Of a stretch of 64,000 nucleotides of DNA, positions 28,432 to 38,985 are shown in pieces. The stretch comes from an uncultured cyanobacterium. Its GTDB lineage: Bacteria; Cyanobacteriota; Cyanobacteriia; Pseudanabaenales; Pseudanabaenaceae. The notes under the pieces are model-generated. The model searched no databases. It saw only the letters and a program-made list of their open reading frames with translations, and was not told the DNA's origin. Numbering within the stretch: the stretch's first letter is position 1; each line of letters begins with the position of its first letter. The translations under genes were made by a program, and so were the position numbers. Location: positions 1,952,001 to 2,016,000 of the forward strand of contig OY969811.1 in the NCBI GenBank assembly GCA_963703315.1. The letters run 5' to 3'.

Positions 28432-28611
28432 GTAGGGGCAGAGCATTCCCACCACAATCTGTAAATCCTAGATAATCTTCTTTTGGGAATGCTCTGCCAA
28501 AACCTCGCAACAGAGGGAAAAATTATCTATAAAAGCACAGAGGGCTGAGCATTTGCGGATCGAGATTTCTGTAACGGGTTCAAATTTGTGACGCAAATGC
28601 TCAGCCCCTAC
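28432..28611. repeat. GTAG-type REP doublet element (REPIN-like)
   Basis: GTAGGGGCAGAGCATTCCC...CAAATGCTCAGCCCCTAC. Confidence 0.75.
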
Positions 28612-28650
28612 GGTCTTAATGCAATAAATCGTGATATTAACAGTAACCCA

Positions 28651-29319
28651 ATGAGAAACAAATTAATATACCGTTTTATTCTATTTTTAGTAGCTTTAAG
28701 CGTATTTACAGGTTGTGCTTTTAGCTTGAATGGAACTAGAGGATCGGGAGTTTTAAAAACTGAGGTTAGAGAAGTGAAGACCTTTTCAACGATCTCTTTT
28801 AAATCTGTTGGCAAGCTCAAAATCCAACAGACAGGTAAAGAATCTCTCACAATTATTGCTGATGAGAATATTTTGCCAATCCTAGAGAGTCGAGTGTCTG
28901 AACAAACCTTGTATATTAACAATGTGAACTCTTCCAGTATTGATCCGACTAATCCCATTGAATTTATTGTCGAAGTGAAGAATCTGGAGAATTTATACAC
29001 TAAGGCAGTTGGTAGTATCGAAGTTAAGGATATTCAAGGAAAAAGGTTATCGATTTCCCTTGATGGTGTCGGTAGTATGGCGATCGCGGGAAATGTGGAT
29101 GTATTGGATCTCAACCTTTCTGGAGTCGGTAACTTTAATGGTGAAGAGTTGAAGGCAAAGCAGGCTACGGTTCGCAATAAAGGTGTAGGCAGTGCGGTGG
29201 TTAATGTGAGTGAGCAGTTAGAGGCATCTGTATCAGGTATAGGAGCGATCGAATATATCGGTTCTCCTCAAGTTCAAGAATCTATGAAAGGAATGGGAGA
29301 GATTAAAAAAAGAAGCTAA
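28651..29319 (+). CDS. GIN-domain (DUF2807) beta-helix lipoprotein
   Basis: Lipobox FTGC; repeated xxGVGxx beta strands; upstream in-frame GTG lies inside the REP element. Confidence 0.85.
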   Translation: MRNKLIYRFILFLVALSVFTGCAFSLNGTRGSGVLKTEVREVKTFSTISFKSVGKLKIQQTGKESLTIIADENILPILESRVSEQTLYINNVNSSSIDPTNPIEFIVEVKNLENLYTKAVGSIEVKDIQGKRLSISLDGVGSMAIAGNVDVLDLNLSGVGNFNGEELKAKQATVRNKGVGSAVVNVSEQLEASVSGIGAIEYIGSPQVQESMKGMGEIKKRS

Positions 29320-29331
29320 CAATAATCTGTT

Positions 29332-29928
29332 ATGAATAAATTAAAACTTTCTGGTCTACTATTCTTTCTTGCTGGCTCATTTGCTTTGATGGGCATCATC
29401 ACTGCCGAAGCATTGTATCCATCAGGCACTGGTTACACAACTTTTCACAGCGAAATCAGCGATCTTGGTGCAACTAGACCGCCCAACAGCATAATCTATC
29501 AGCCGTCTTCGAGCATTTTTAATACCACAATGCTGTTATCTGGGTTAATGACTTTAACCGCAACATTTTATCAGCATAGATATTTCAGAAAATTGCTTGT
29601 CAGCATTCCACTTGGTCTATTTGGTTTGGGTTTGGTGGGTATTGGAATTTTTTCTGGTGACAAAACTCCGTATCATGGAGTGTTTGCAATGCTTACATTT
29701 TTATCTGGTGGATTTTCAGCGATCGCCTCTGCCAAAATTGCTTCAGCACCTTTCAAATATATTGGGATTCTACTTGGTTCAGTTGCATTACTTACTTGGT
29801 TCGCTGCCGTGTTTGTCCCCACCATTATTTTTCCTTATATCGGCATTGGCGGAACAGAAAGATGGATAGTTTATTCACTTGTATTATGGTTAACAGGTTT
29901 AGGTGGTTATTTGATGAATAAACAATAA
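29332..29928 (+). CDS. DUF998-family membrane protein
   Basis: ISDLGA, H in helix 4, GGTER. Confidence 0.8.
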   Translation: MNKLKLSGLLFFLAGSFALMGIITAEALYPSGTGYTTFHSEISDLGATRPPNSIIYQPSSSIFNTTMLLSGLMTLTATFYQHRYFRKLLVSIPLGLFGLGLVGIGIFSGDKTPYHGVFAMLTFLSGGFSAIASAKIASAPFKYIGILLGSVALLTWFAAVFVPTIIFPYIGIGGTERWIVYSLVLWLTGLGGYLMNKQ

Positions 29929-29943
29929 TTCAAAAATAAAACA

Positions 29944-30522
29944 ATGAAAAAAATACTAATTATCAATGGGCATCCAGACAAGGAGAGTTTTTGTTTTGCA
30001 CTCGCAGAAAGCTATAAAAAAGGTGCAGACTCATCTGGAGTAGATTGCAAATTAGTGCATCTAATTGATTTAGATTTCAATCTCATTTTGACTTTTGGAT
30101 ACAGAATAATAAGCGAGTTAGAACCTGATTTAGTAAAAATGCAACAAGAGATTCTTGCCGCAGACCATTTAGTTTTGGTTTATCCGAATTGGTGGGCAAC
30201 TTTTCCTGCAATTCTAAAAGGATTTATCGATAGGGTTTTTGTGCCTAATTTTGCCTTCAAATATCGTGAAAACTCTCCATTTTGGGACAAATTATTAATA
30301 GGGAAAACCGCGAGAATGATTGTCACGATGGATACGCCAAATTGGTATTACTTCTTGATGAATATAAATGCTGGACATAATGCAATGAGAATTGGCGTAT
30401 TAGAATTTTGCGGTATAAAACCCGTAAAAATTACCTCATTTGCTCCCGTAAAATCATCTGATGAAGTAAAAAGAAAAAAATGGTTGGCTGAAGTTGAGAA
30501 ATTAGGAAAAGAGCAAAAGTGA
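29944..30522 (+). CDS. NAD(P)H-dependent oxidoreductase (flavodoxin-like fold)
   Basis: INGHP...SFC, YPNWW..PAILKGFIDRV. Confidence 0.9.
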   Translation: MKKILIINGHPDKESFCFALAESYKKGADSSGVDCKLVHLIDLDFNLILTFGYRIISELEPDLVKMQQEILAADHLVLVYPNWWATFPAILKGFIDRVFVPNFAFKYRENSPFWDKLLIGKTARMIVTMDTPNWYYFLMNINAGHNAMRIGVLEFCGIKPVKITSFAPVKSSDEVKRKKWLAEVEKLGKEQK

Positions 30523-31382
30523 AAATCACCAATCAAAAAAGGCGATCGCTAAAGCAAATCGGATTTTTTTTGCTTTATACTTTTTCGATAACTTGGCTAT
30601 CTTGGCTGATCATTATCATCGGGAATAAATATTTTAATTTCCTTTTGTATGGTGAGCCTTTATTCTGGATACCATACATAATCGGTGGGTTAGCTCCAGC
30701 TATTAGTTCTTATATTATCTATCGACAGTTCAATGAAGATTTCATTCCAGAATTTTTTATTAAGTATATCTTTTGTAAAAAAGTCGATAGAAAAGCATGG
30801 CTAATATTTGGATTATTTACAATTTGGCGTTTATTGATGATTTGGATTGCTTTTGGCATTAATAGACCTATCTCAATACTCTCGATAATTATTAATTTAC
30901 CACTGCTCATTCTTTTAGGTGGATTAGAAGAATTAGGTTGGCGCGGAATTTTGCAGCCTCAATTAGAAAAGATAATTAATTATTTGCCCTCAATCCTTGT
31001 AGCAGGGACTATATGGAGTGTTTGGCATTTGCCGCTATGGATGATAAAAGGCACAGTCCAAAGTTCATTTCCCTTTGGATTATATTTGTTTTCAGGAATA
31101 ATTTTAACTGCTAGTTTTACAACTCTTTATAAATACACAAACAACTTATTCCTTTGTGTCTTAAGTCATGCTTGGTTTAATGGATGCATTGGATTAGCTC
31201 TATATGTCGGCAATAATGGAACCTTACAGCTAGATTTGAATTGGAAAGTAATTGTAGTTTTTTTCCTTGAGCTAATAGCCTCTATCTGTTTAGGAATTGC
31301 CTACAGCCGTAAGCCCCCCCTTATGTTAAACAATAATTTCAAACCCAGAAAAAGAACTTCACTTAATAACAATCATGAATAA
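30519..31382 (+). CDS. CPBP (CAAX protease/Abi) intramembrane metalloprotease
   Basis: EELGWRG, WSVWHLP, HAWFN. Confidence 0.9.
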   Translation: MKITNQKRRSLKQIGFFLLYTFSITWLSWLIIIIGNKYFNFLLYGEPLFWIPYIIGGLAPAISSYIIYRQFNEDFIPEFFIKYIFCKKVDRKAWLIFGLFTIWRLLMIWIAFGINRPISILSIIINLPLLILLGGLEELGWRGILQPQLEKIINYLPSILVAGTIWSVWHLPLWMIKGTVQSSFPFGLYLFSGIILTASFTTLYKYTNNLFLCVLSHAWFNGCIGLALYVGNNGTLQLDLNWKVIVVFFLELIASICLGIAYSRKPPLMLNNNFKPRKRTSLNNNHE

Positions 31383-32190
31383 CAGCGACCCAGAGAACCA
31401 TTCACCATTAAAATTCTTTCTACTTGTTTTTGGACTTTCTATCCCTTTATGGATAATTGAAACAAGAATTGACGTAAAAGGGTTGCCGTTAGATATTCCT
31501 ATAACAGACATTTTAGCTGCATTTACACCAACGATTGCTGCTAGCATTCTCGTTTATAAAGAAGAAAAACTGATTGGTGTTAAAAAACTGTTTAAGAGGA
31601 TTTTAGATTTTCCAAGAATCACAAAAAAGATATGGTACTTGCCGATCGCTTTGCTACCATTTTTAATATATTTATTGATATACATAGTAATTCACCTCAT
31701 CGGATTACCGCTCCCAATCAATTTTTACATCCCTTTTCTTTCTATCCCTTTTCTCTTTTGTTTGTTTTTTCTCGGATCTGCGGCAGAAGAAACTGGCTAT
31801 ATGGGTTATGCGATCGCACCTATGCAAGAACGGTTTGGCGCTTTATCAGCAAGTATCCTTATCGGTATACCTTGGGCGGTGTGGCATTACCCATCAATAA
31901 TTCAACAAGGACATAATCTAACTTGGATAGCTTGGGCAACTCTTGGTACTGTTGCAGTGAGAGTTCTAATTGTTTGGATTTATAACAACACAGGAGAAAG
32001 TTTATTTGCTTGCATTCTCTTTCATACTTTTTTGAATGTAGGAAGACCTTTGTTTCCAAGGGATAGAATACATAATCCATTGGTTGATTATCCAGAAGTT
32101 CACTATTCAATAATGGCAATTACTGCTGTTATTGTTGTCTTTCTATGGGGATCAAATACATTAGCTCGATACAGGTATTCTCTCCGATAA
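31375..32190 (+). CDS. CPBP intramembrane metalloprotease
   Basis: EETGYMG, WAVWHYP, HTFLN. Confidence 0.9.
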   Translation: MNNSDPENHSPLKFFLLVFGLSIPLWIIETRIDVKGLPLDIPITDILAAFTPTIAASILVYKEEKLIGVKKLFKRILDFPRITKKIWYLPIALLPFLIYLLIYIVIHLIGLPLPINFYIPFLSIPFLFCLFFLGSAAEETGYMGYAIAPMQERFGALSASILIGIPWAVWHYPSIIQQGHNLTWIAWATLGTVAVRVLIVWIYNNTGESLFACILFHTFLNVGRPLFPRDRIHNPLVDYPEVHYSIMAITAVIVVFLWGSNTLARYRYSLR

Positions 32191-32202
32191 AATTTGAATT
32201 TA

Positions 32203-32273
32203 GTTATATTTTGTATCATAATTAATTAATTCAATCAACTTATTCATGAAGTCATGCGATCGCCTGTCACAAT
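32203..32273 (+). promoter_or_regulatory. Island promoter motif, copy C
   Basis: TTCAATCAA CTTATTCA TGAAGTCAT gcgatcgcc TGt CACAAT. Confidence 0.7.
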
Positions 32274-32342
32274 CAAAATTTTACATAGGAAAATCTATAA
32301 TATTTAGAAAGTTAATTCAGACAATATTCTAGAGTTTGCTAT

Positions 32343-32510
32343 ATGGAAAGTGAAACCAAATTAACACTAATTAAAATTATTCAAACGACAATTTGGATAT
32401 TCTTTGATTTTGTGATTTTCTATATGCTTTATGCAGCGATCACAAGTAAATTTGATATCTGGCTCTGGAATTATTTCGGATTACTATATTTTAAAATCAC
32501 AAAAACATGA
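32343..32510 (+). pseudogene. 55-codon ORF, probably a truncated membrane-protein gene
   Basis: MESETKLTLIKIIQTTIWIFFDFVIFYMLYAAITSKFDIWLW...; stop overlaps the next ATG. Confidence 0.45.
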
Positions 32511-33148
32511 ATAAAACAGTACATAAAGTTGGGTTTTGGTCAGGACTTACTGCATTTATTTCAACACTTGCATTTACTGTTGTTCAGATGCTACAGCTTT
32601 TTGGTGTTCTCAATTATCCATTGGATGAAATTTTAATTTATGGATTCTCTCTTTGCATAGTAATACCTTTCTTGCTAGAAATGCTTGCCCTTCACTATGT
32701 AGCTCCAACCGAAAAAAAGTTTTGGAGTCATGCAGCTCTTATTTTTACAGTCTTGTATGTGGCATTCGTTACGGCTAATTATGTCGTTCAACTAGCAACG
32801 GTAATTCCGATGACACTGCAAGGAACTTCAGACGAGATTCTGATTCTAAAACAAACTCCGCACTCTCTCTTTTGGGACTTTGATGCGATCGGATATATAT
32901 TTATGGGATTCGCAACCTTATTTGCTGTTCCTATATTTGAGAAGCAGGGATTTCAAAGGTGGGTTAGATACTCTTTCTTGGTTCATAGTCTGGTTACACC
33001 TTTGATTGTATTTGTCTACTTCTATCCAAACTTTTCGGAGAAGCTACTTCTTATTGGAATTCCTTGGGGAATTACAGCGCCTTTGTCAATGTTGCTACTT
33101 GCCGTAATGTTCAAGAAAGATTCTGAAGTAAGCACTCAAACAATATGA
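32507..33148 (+). CDS. Hypothetical multi-pass membrane protein
   Basis: About six hydrophobic helices. Confidence 0.75.
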   Translation: MNKTVHKVGFWSGLTAFISTLAFTVVQMLQLFGVLNYPLDEILIYGFSLCIVIPFLLEMLALHYVAPTEKKFWSHAALIFTVLYVAFVTANYVVQLATVIPMTLQGTSDEILILKQTPHSLFWDFDAIGYIFMGFATLFAVPIFEKQGFQRWVRYSFLVHSLVTPLIVFVYFYPNFSEKLLLIGIPWGITAPLSMLLLAVMFKKDSEVSTQTI

Positions 33149-34044
33149 AAACTTCAAATCTGGTTATCTGGCTGTCATCTCTAATTGTCGTATTAGCATT
33201 AATCGCCGCTAGTCTCGGCTTGTTCTGGCAAGATGGGGGCAATTCGTTCTCTTTTACCACGCTCCGAGGAGACACTGTATCGATCGCTGGAAGAGGCTTT
33301 TACAAATACGATACGACGCTAATGGCGATGGGTTTTAAAGCAGGTGATGCGGTAACGCTGATTTTGGGTATCCCCGCGCTGATCTTCTCTCTTTTACGCT
33401 ATCAGCGTGAATCTGTGCGAGGTGGTTTGTTGTTGGCGGGTACGCTAAATTATTTTCTTTACAACTATGGCTCAATGGCGTTTGGCGCAGCTTACAACCA
33501 TCTATTTCTCATCTATGTCGCACTGATGTCGGTCAGTTTGTTTGCGCTAATCCAGACGTTAATGTCCTTTGATTTGGCGATATTACCTGTCCACTTTTCT
33601 GCTCACCTGCCGCGCCGCAATATTGGAATTTACTTGATTCTGTCTGGAGTGGCGCTGCTGTTAATCTGGCTAATTTTAAGCATTATCCCCGCACTAATCG
33701 AGGGCAAAGCACCGATGGAAGTGTGGAGCTATACCACCGTAATTACCTATGCGATCGATATGGGTATTGTTGCACCTGCGCTAATTGTCACTGGGATAAT
33801 GTTACTACGCCGCAACCCTCTGGGATACTTGCTTACAGCCACGCTGCTAGTGTTTACAGTGATTCTCGGAACCAATCTGCTGACTGCTGGTACGTTCCAA
33901 GTGTTAGCAGGCTTAATCGACATTCGACAGTTTATCGGATTCGTGGCTTCCTTCGCGATCCTGACACTGTATGCAATCTGGTTTACATTGGCATTTTTCC
34001 GTAACCTTTCAGAGCGAATCTCTCCACAAACTGCTCATCTTTAA
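33145..34044 (+). CDS. Hypothetical multi-pass membrane protein
   Basis: About eight helices; ATGA-coupled. Confidence 0.8.
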   Translation: MKTSNLVIWLSSLIVVLALIAASLGLFWQDGGNSFSFTTLRGDTVSIAGRGFYKYDTTLMAMGFKAGDAVTLILGIPALIFSLLRYQRESVRGGLLLAGTLNYFLYNYGSMAFGAAYNHLFLIYVALMSVSLFALIQTLMSFDLAILPVHFSAHLPRRNIGIYLILSGVALLLIWLILSIIPALIEGKAPMEVWSYTTVITYAIDMGIVAPALIVTGIMLLRRNPLGYLLTATLLVFTVILGTNLLTAGTFQVLAGLIDIRQFIGFVASFAILTLYAIWFTLAFFRNLSERISPQTAHL

Positions 34045-34076
34045 AGAACTTTAGAATCTAATTGAGGCAACACTCC

Positions 34077-34565
34077 ATGAAAAAAGTACCTTTCTTCAAG
34101 CACCGTTTATTTCTATTAGGAGTATCTTTATCGCTATATATGATGGGACTAATTCTCCCAGCACTTGCTTTTGAGATCGTCAATTTCAAGACAATACACT
34201 CAGGAATCATCATTGATATGAAGGGAATAGAAGTGACAGCTTGGGGAGTACTCGGATTATTATTTCTGCAAATACCCGCGATCGGCTGGTTAGCAAATCC
34301 ACTTTATTGGCTTTCCTGTGTATTTTTTGTAAAGAAGAAATATCAGTTCTCTATAGCTTTTACTATTACCGCAATTATTGTTGGATTTCTAGGAACAATA
34401 TCCGCATATTGGTTTGCTTTGCCAAATGGCAGTAGTCCTGATAGTCAAATTCTATTAACTAAATTATTACTTGGTTTTTGGTTGTGGCTTGCTGCTCCTA
34501 CATTTCTGATGATTGTTGATTTTGTCTATTTACAATATAGGAGCCAAACCAATGCCCATGAATAA
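34077..34565 (+). CDS. Hypothetical membrane protein
   Basis: LPA..., WLANP, GFWLWL motifs, four helices. Confidence 0.7.
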   Translation: MKKVPFFKHRLFLLGVSLSLYMMGLILPALAFEIVNFKTIHSGIIIDMKGIEVTAWGVLGLLFLQIPAIGWLANPLYWLSCVFFVKKKYQFSIAFTITAIIVGFLGTISAYWFALPNGSSPDSQILLTKLLLGFWLWLAAPTFLMIVDFVYLQYRSQTNAHE

Positions 34566-35175
34566 AAAATGGAGAATCATAAAACTAAATTTATATAAAC
34601 TGCCAATTTTGTTGGTAGCAATTATTTTCTCTGTACTTAATTTTGAAGATAAGGCGATCGCGCAAGAGGCTGATGTGCCGAAACCTAATGGTAACGGAGA
34701 CTTTAGCAGCATATTTCTACAAGGAAACCGTGGCTTTTATGCTGTTCAAAAGTGGTTAATTATTCAGTCTGTAGAATCAGAAGCGAATGGAGGTACTGTA
34801 AATTGTCGATACACCCCGAATGGAGAGATAAGATCGCGCATTCAGAGAGGTGCTATTCTTACGGCTGTTTTTAACAAAACTGCGATGGGTCGAGTCCCCA
34901 ATCCCCATACCTCAGCTGATGATGCGATCGTTTTAGACAGTAGTGGCTCCCCTTGGTTGCGGGTAATCGGCACAAGAGAGGAGTTAGCTTATCCCGTCAG
35001 ACCTCTGACTTTTTATGACTTAGGAGAATGCTATGTGAGGGCTAATTTAAAATATATTGCTCCCATTAATCCTGATGCAATCAATTTTTACGATCAAAAA
35101 ACATCTTTTTCTTACTGTGCTGTTAAGCCTTTGTATTGCTTACCTATTATCGCTCAATGGCTATCACTAAGATAG
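34552..35175 (+). CDS. Exported hypothetical protein
   Basis: Signal peptide ending AIA; NCRxxP and CYVRAN motifs (SH3-like possible). Confidence 0.65.
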   Translation: MPMNKKWRIIKLNLYKLPILLVAIIFSVLNFEDKAIAQEADVPKPNGNGDFSSIFLQGNRGFYAVQKWLIIQSVESEANGGTVNCRYTPNGEIRSRIQRGAILTAVFNKTAMGRVPNPHTSADDAIVLDSSGSPWLRVIGTREELAYPVRPLTFYDLGECYVRANLKYIAPINPDAINFYDQKTSFSYCAVKPLYCLPIIAQWLSLR

Positions 35176-35407
35176 TTATACAGCGCTTTGCGCTTACTCA
35201 AAACCCAGAGAATTTTTTGAAAGGAGCGCGGAGCGCTCCTTTCAAAAAATTCTCTGTACTGAATAAAGACTCAATAGGCTGTATTCAGTACAGAGAATTA
35301 ACGGCACTGCTTTAGTCTGCCTAGATTTGGGAGTCTTGATAAGCAAGGGATATAGTATCTCATATTTAATATTTCACATTTAATGGATAAGAAAAAGGAT
35401 AAAAATA

Positions 35408-36226
35408 ATGGATGACAGCATATTCAAAAAACACTCACCTATCAAATTCTTTTTGTTGGTTTTGTTACTGTCAATTCCATTCTGGATATTGGCTACTATG
35501 ACTAGAGATTTAACTGAAGTACTTCCGATAAAGCTGCCAATAAGCGCATTAATGACTTTCTGTCCTTTATTAGCAGCAGCAATTCTTGTTTATAAAGAAC
35601 AGAAGATTCATGGTGTTAAAGAACTCTTAAAACTATCTTTTGACTTTCAAAAAATCAAAGACAAAAAATGGTACATACCTATTGTTCTTCTCATGCCCAC
35701 CATAGCAGCACTTTCTTATCTATACTTGAAGATGACAGGAACCATACTACCCGAACCTCCAATCCCTTTTATATCTGTTATCATTTTTTTCTTTGTGTAT
35801 TTTATAGGTGCGATCGGCGAAGAAGTGGGTTGGAGTGGTTATGTTACCGAGCCTTTGCAAAACCAGTATGGGGCTTTTAAAGCAAGTATCATCATCGGTT
35901 TTATTTGGGCAATATGGCATATTATTCCCTATAGCCAAGCCCATCAAACGCCAATATGGATATTTTGGCAATGTATCGGTATGGTCTTTTTGCGGACAAT
36001 TATGGTTTGGATTTTTAACAATACTCATAAAAGTGTTTTTGCAATAATTCTCTTTCATACCATGATTAATATAAGTCCGTATCTATTCCCAAGTAATGGT
36101 TCTCACTATGACCCATTTATTTTTGCCGTTTTATTAGCGATTACGGCGATCGCCATAACTTGGCTATGGGGAACGGAAACTCTGGGTAAATATCGTTTTT
36201 TAGTCCCAATCAGCATCGAAAGGTGA
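35408..36226 (+). CDS. CPBP intramembrane metalloprotease
   Basis: EEVGWSG, WAIWH, HTMIN; paralog of 31375-32190. Confidence 0.9.
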   Translation: MDDSIFKKHSPIKFFLLVLLLSIPFWILATMTRDLTEVLPIKLPISALMTFCPLLAAAILVYKEQKIHGVKELLKLSFDFQKIKDKKWYIPIVLLMPTIAALSYLYLKMTGTILPEPPIPFISVIIFFFVYFIGAIGEEVGWSGYVTEPLQNQYGAFKASIIIGFIWAIWHIIPYSQAHQTPIWIFWQCIGMVFLRTIMVWIFNNTHKSVFAIILFHTMINISPYLFPSNGSHYDPFIFAVLLAITAIAITWLWGTETLGKYRFLVPISIER

Positions 36227-36229
36227 GGT

Positions 36230-36610
36230 ATGACCAACTCTAAGCGTATAGGAGAACTGCTGGGACCAACCCTGATGGTAATGGTTGCTTCGGAGTTTCC
36301 GCTTATTCAACCGCATCTCTACGACGAACAGATACCACCAGTCGTCTACCTCTCTGGAGTTCTCATGTTCATTGCAGGTTTAGCAATTGTGCGATCGCAT
36401 AACCTATGGCAACGTGACTGGACTCTGTTGATTACACTCTGTGGCTGGTTCTTGCTAGCTCTCGGACTGTTCCGAATGTTCGCTGCTAGTTTCTACCGAC
36501 TTGCCTCTGGCAACACAAATTCACTCTTCTTGATGATTGTCGAAGGTATTCTATTTGCAATTGGTTCTTTGATAACGTGGAAGGCATATGCGCGTGACGC
36601 AAAATCATAA
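36230..36610 (+). CDS. Small membrane protein
   Basis: Four helices; HNLW...W motif. Confidence 0.75.
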   Translation: MTNSKRIGELLGPTLMVMVASEFPLIQPHLYDEQIPPVVYLSGVLMFIAGLAIVRSHNLWQRDWTLLITLCGWFLLALGLFRMFAASFYRLASGNTNSLFLMIVEGILFAIGSLITWKAYARDAKS

Positions 36611-36705
36611 GGAAGTATTGCAATCCTTTTTGATCGCCTATAGTTTAATAGAATAAATTAACAGAACAAATTGACGAGTTATTTAATTTCAGTGATATTT
36701 ATTCA

Positions 36706-36767
36706 GTTACATTTTGTCGCGTAATCAATCAATTCATTCACGAAATCAAGCGATCGCCTGTCACAAT
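36706..36767 (+). promoter_or_regulatory. Island promoter motif, copy D
   Basis: ATCAATCAA TTCATTCA CGAAATCAA gcgatcgcc TGt CACAAT. Confidence 0.7.
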
Positions 36768-36844
36768 CATACATGGAAGAACTACAAGCAAGTTAATCCA
36801 GTCGATATTCCTAAAATCTACAGTAACCAATATAGGTAAGCGTC

Positions 36845-37288
36845 ATGTGGATTGAATGGATTGCAATTATTAGCAGTTTAATCATAGTTAGCTTTGGAAT
36901 CGCTGTCATTTATGCTAGCGATCGCTGGCGGTCTGAGACTGATAAATTACGAGTCAAAATGACAAATGGACAACAACCGATTCAGCCTAAAAACTATGAT
37001 CCAAAAGAGATTGTAGACTTACCAGAGCCTGTACAAAGATATTTTAGGGCTGTACTTCAGGATGGACAGGCGCTCATCTCAAAAGTTGAACTCTCTCAGA
37101 CAGGACAGTTTCACATGAATGAAACAGAGCATAAATGGCATAAGTTTACCGCTACGCAACTTGTGATTACACAAAGGCTAGGCTTTGACTGGGATGCAAA
37201 AATCCAGATATTTCCCTTCATAAATGTATTTGTCCATGATACATATCTGCTTAGTTCCTCGACCCATCGCGACACCCAAAGAACATGA
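36845..37288 (+). pseudogene. Truncated DUF6920/DUF6544-like gene (N-terminal half only)
   Basis: Near-identical to the 39067-40005 product from DRWxSETDKL to VHDTYLL, then diverges and stops. Confidence 0.75.
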
Positions 37289-37328
37289 ATCGACTTGATC
37301 AATAGATTGAAAAAGTAAGGAGATCGAA

Positions 37329-38669
37329 ATGCAAAGATTGTTAACTAAAAGTCCAGTCGCAGTGGCTGCTTTCTGGATCACTGTTTATCTGGCGATCGCT
37401 CTGCTACCTCTTTTTGTCTTACTTCTATACCCTCCTGCTTCGGCTGGACGGGGTGGGTGGACGGAGTTTTCAGTTTCTCTCGGATTTGTGGGATTGGCAA
37501 TGTTAGCGCTTCAGTTTGCCATCACCGCCCGACTCCATCAAATTGAGGCATCCTACGGAGTTGATATCATCCTGCAATTCCATCGCTATATCTCTCTAGT
37601 GGCTTTCGCCCTGATCCTGATTCATCCCCTAATTCTCTTTATTAATCAACCCGAAACGTTAGAGTTACTGAATATATTCAAAGCTCCGTGGCGAGCCAAA
37701 TTCGCCGTGACTGGCACTCTGGCACTGATAGTACTGGTTATCACCTCAATTTGGCGGCAGCGCCTCAGCATTCCCTATGAGCTATGGCGTGAAAGTCACA
37801 GCATTCTAGCTGTGGTGGCAGTGACCTTGGGTTTAGCCCATGGACTGGGAGTCAGCTATTATCTGGGACTGTTCTGGAAACAGCTGTTGTGGAGTGTGAT
37901 CGCCCTAAGCGCTTTATGGTTGCTGATTTACGTCCGCATCGTCAAACCTTGGATAATGACCAAACACCCCTACTTCGTAGAAGAGGTCATTCCTCAAAGA
38001 GGAAATGTGTGGACTTTAGCTATTCGTCCGAGAGGACACAAGGGATTTCGATTTCAACCTGGACAATTTGCTTGGATCACCCTCGAAATTTCGCCCTTTC
38101 GGATGCGCGAACATCCCTTTTCCATGTCTTCGAGTGGCGACCACCCTGAACGATTGGAATTTAGCATCAAAGCTCTAGGAGACTTTACCCAAACTATTAA
38201 GGATATTAAGTCAGGGACTAAGGCTTATCTTGATGGTCCTTACGGCGTGTTTACGAGCGATCGCTACTGGGATGCTGCTGGATTTGTACTCATTGCAGGT
38301 GGGATAGGCATCACCCCAATGATGAGTATGCTGGTTACTGCCATTGAGCGGAGAGATGATCGACCGTACTTACTCATTTATGCCAACAAAAGCTGGGAAG
38401 ATATGACTTTCCGCGAGGAATTAGATGGTCTCATTGACTCGATAGATCTCATGATCATTTATGTGTTGCGTCAGCCTTCCGAAGACTGGACAGGTGAAAC
38501 TGGCTATGTCGATAAAGACCTGTTACAAAAATACATTCCCATCCATCGCGGTAGCCGACAATATTTTATCTGTGCCGCTCCAGTTATGATGGAGCAAGTT
38601 GAAGAAGCGCTTCTTGATTTAGAGGTGCCTGCAACCAATATCCAAATGGAACACTTCAATCTAGTTTAG
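37329..38669 (+). CDS. Ferric reductase-like transmembrane / ferredoxin-reductase family oxidoreductase
   Basis: Heme-ligand His pairs in TM part, EHPFS, DGPYG, IAGGIGITP, terminal EHF. Confidence 0.9.
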   Translation: MQRLLTKSPVAVAAFWITVYLAIALLPLFVLLLYPPASAGRGGWTEFSVSLGFVGLAMLALQFAITARLHQIEASYGVDIILQFHRYISLVAFALILIHPLILFINQPETLELLNIFKAPWRAKFAVTGTLALIVLVITSIWRQRLSIPYELWRESHSILAVVAVTLGLAHGLGVSYYLGLFWKQLLWSVIALSALWLLIYVRIVKPWIMTKHPYFVEEVIPQRGNVWTLAIRPRGHKGFRFQPGQFAWITLEISPFRMREHPFSMSSSGDHPERLEFSIKALGDFTQTIKDIKSGTKAYLDGPYGVFTSDRYWDAAGFVLIAGGIGITPMMSMLVTAIERRDDRPYLLIYANKSWEDMTFREELDGLIDSIDLMIIYVLRQPSEDWTGETGYVDKDLLQKYIPIHRGSRQYFICAAPVMMEQVEEALLDLEVPATNIQMEHFNLV

Positions 38670-38689
38670 TTCTTAACTATGGAAGACTT

Positions 38690-38830
38690 ATGCGATACGT
38701 CATTATGATTCAAATCGTTAGTATTATGGCTTTGATTTTACTTGGATCTGCCGCAATGTTTGCGTGGTTGCAAAATCGATCTTTCCAAGAACCTCCAGAG
38801 TTAGAAAAGACTTCTTTATTAAGTAATTGA
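38690..38830 (+). CDS. 46-aa single-helix membrane peptide
   Basis: Below the ORF-track cutoff; MRYVIMIQIVSIMALILLGSAAMFAWLQN... Confidence 0.5.
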   Translation: MRYVIMIQIVSIMALILLGSAAMFAWLQNRSFQEPPELEKTSLLSN

Positions 38831-38985
38831 TTTCACCTATCAAATATATAACTGTCTACGAAGTTGAATACAGAGCTTTACGCTGACTTAAAATCCAGAA
38901 AGATTTTTGAGTGTCAATAATTGTTTGCTTTTGCGATCGCTTAGAACTCACGACTCATAGTAATAGCGATCGCCATAACTTAGCT

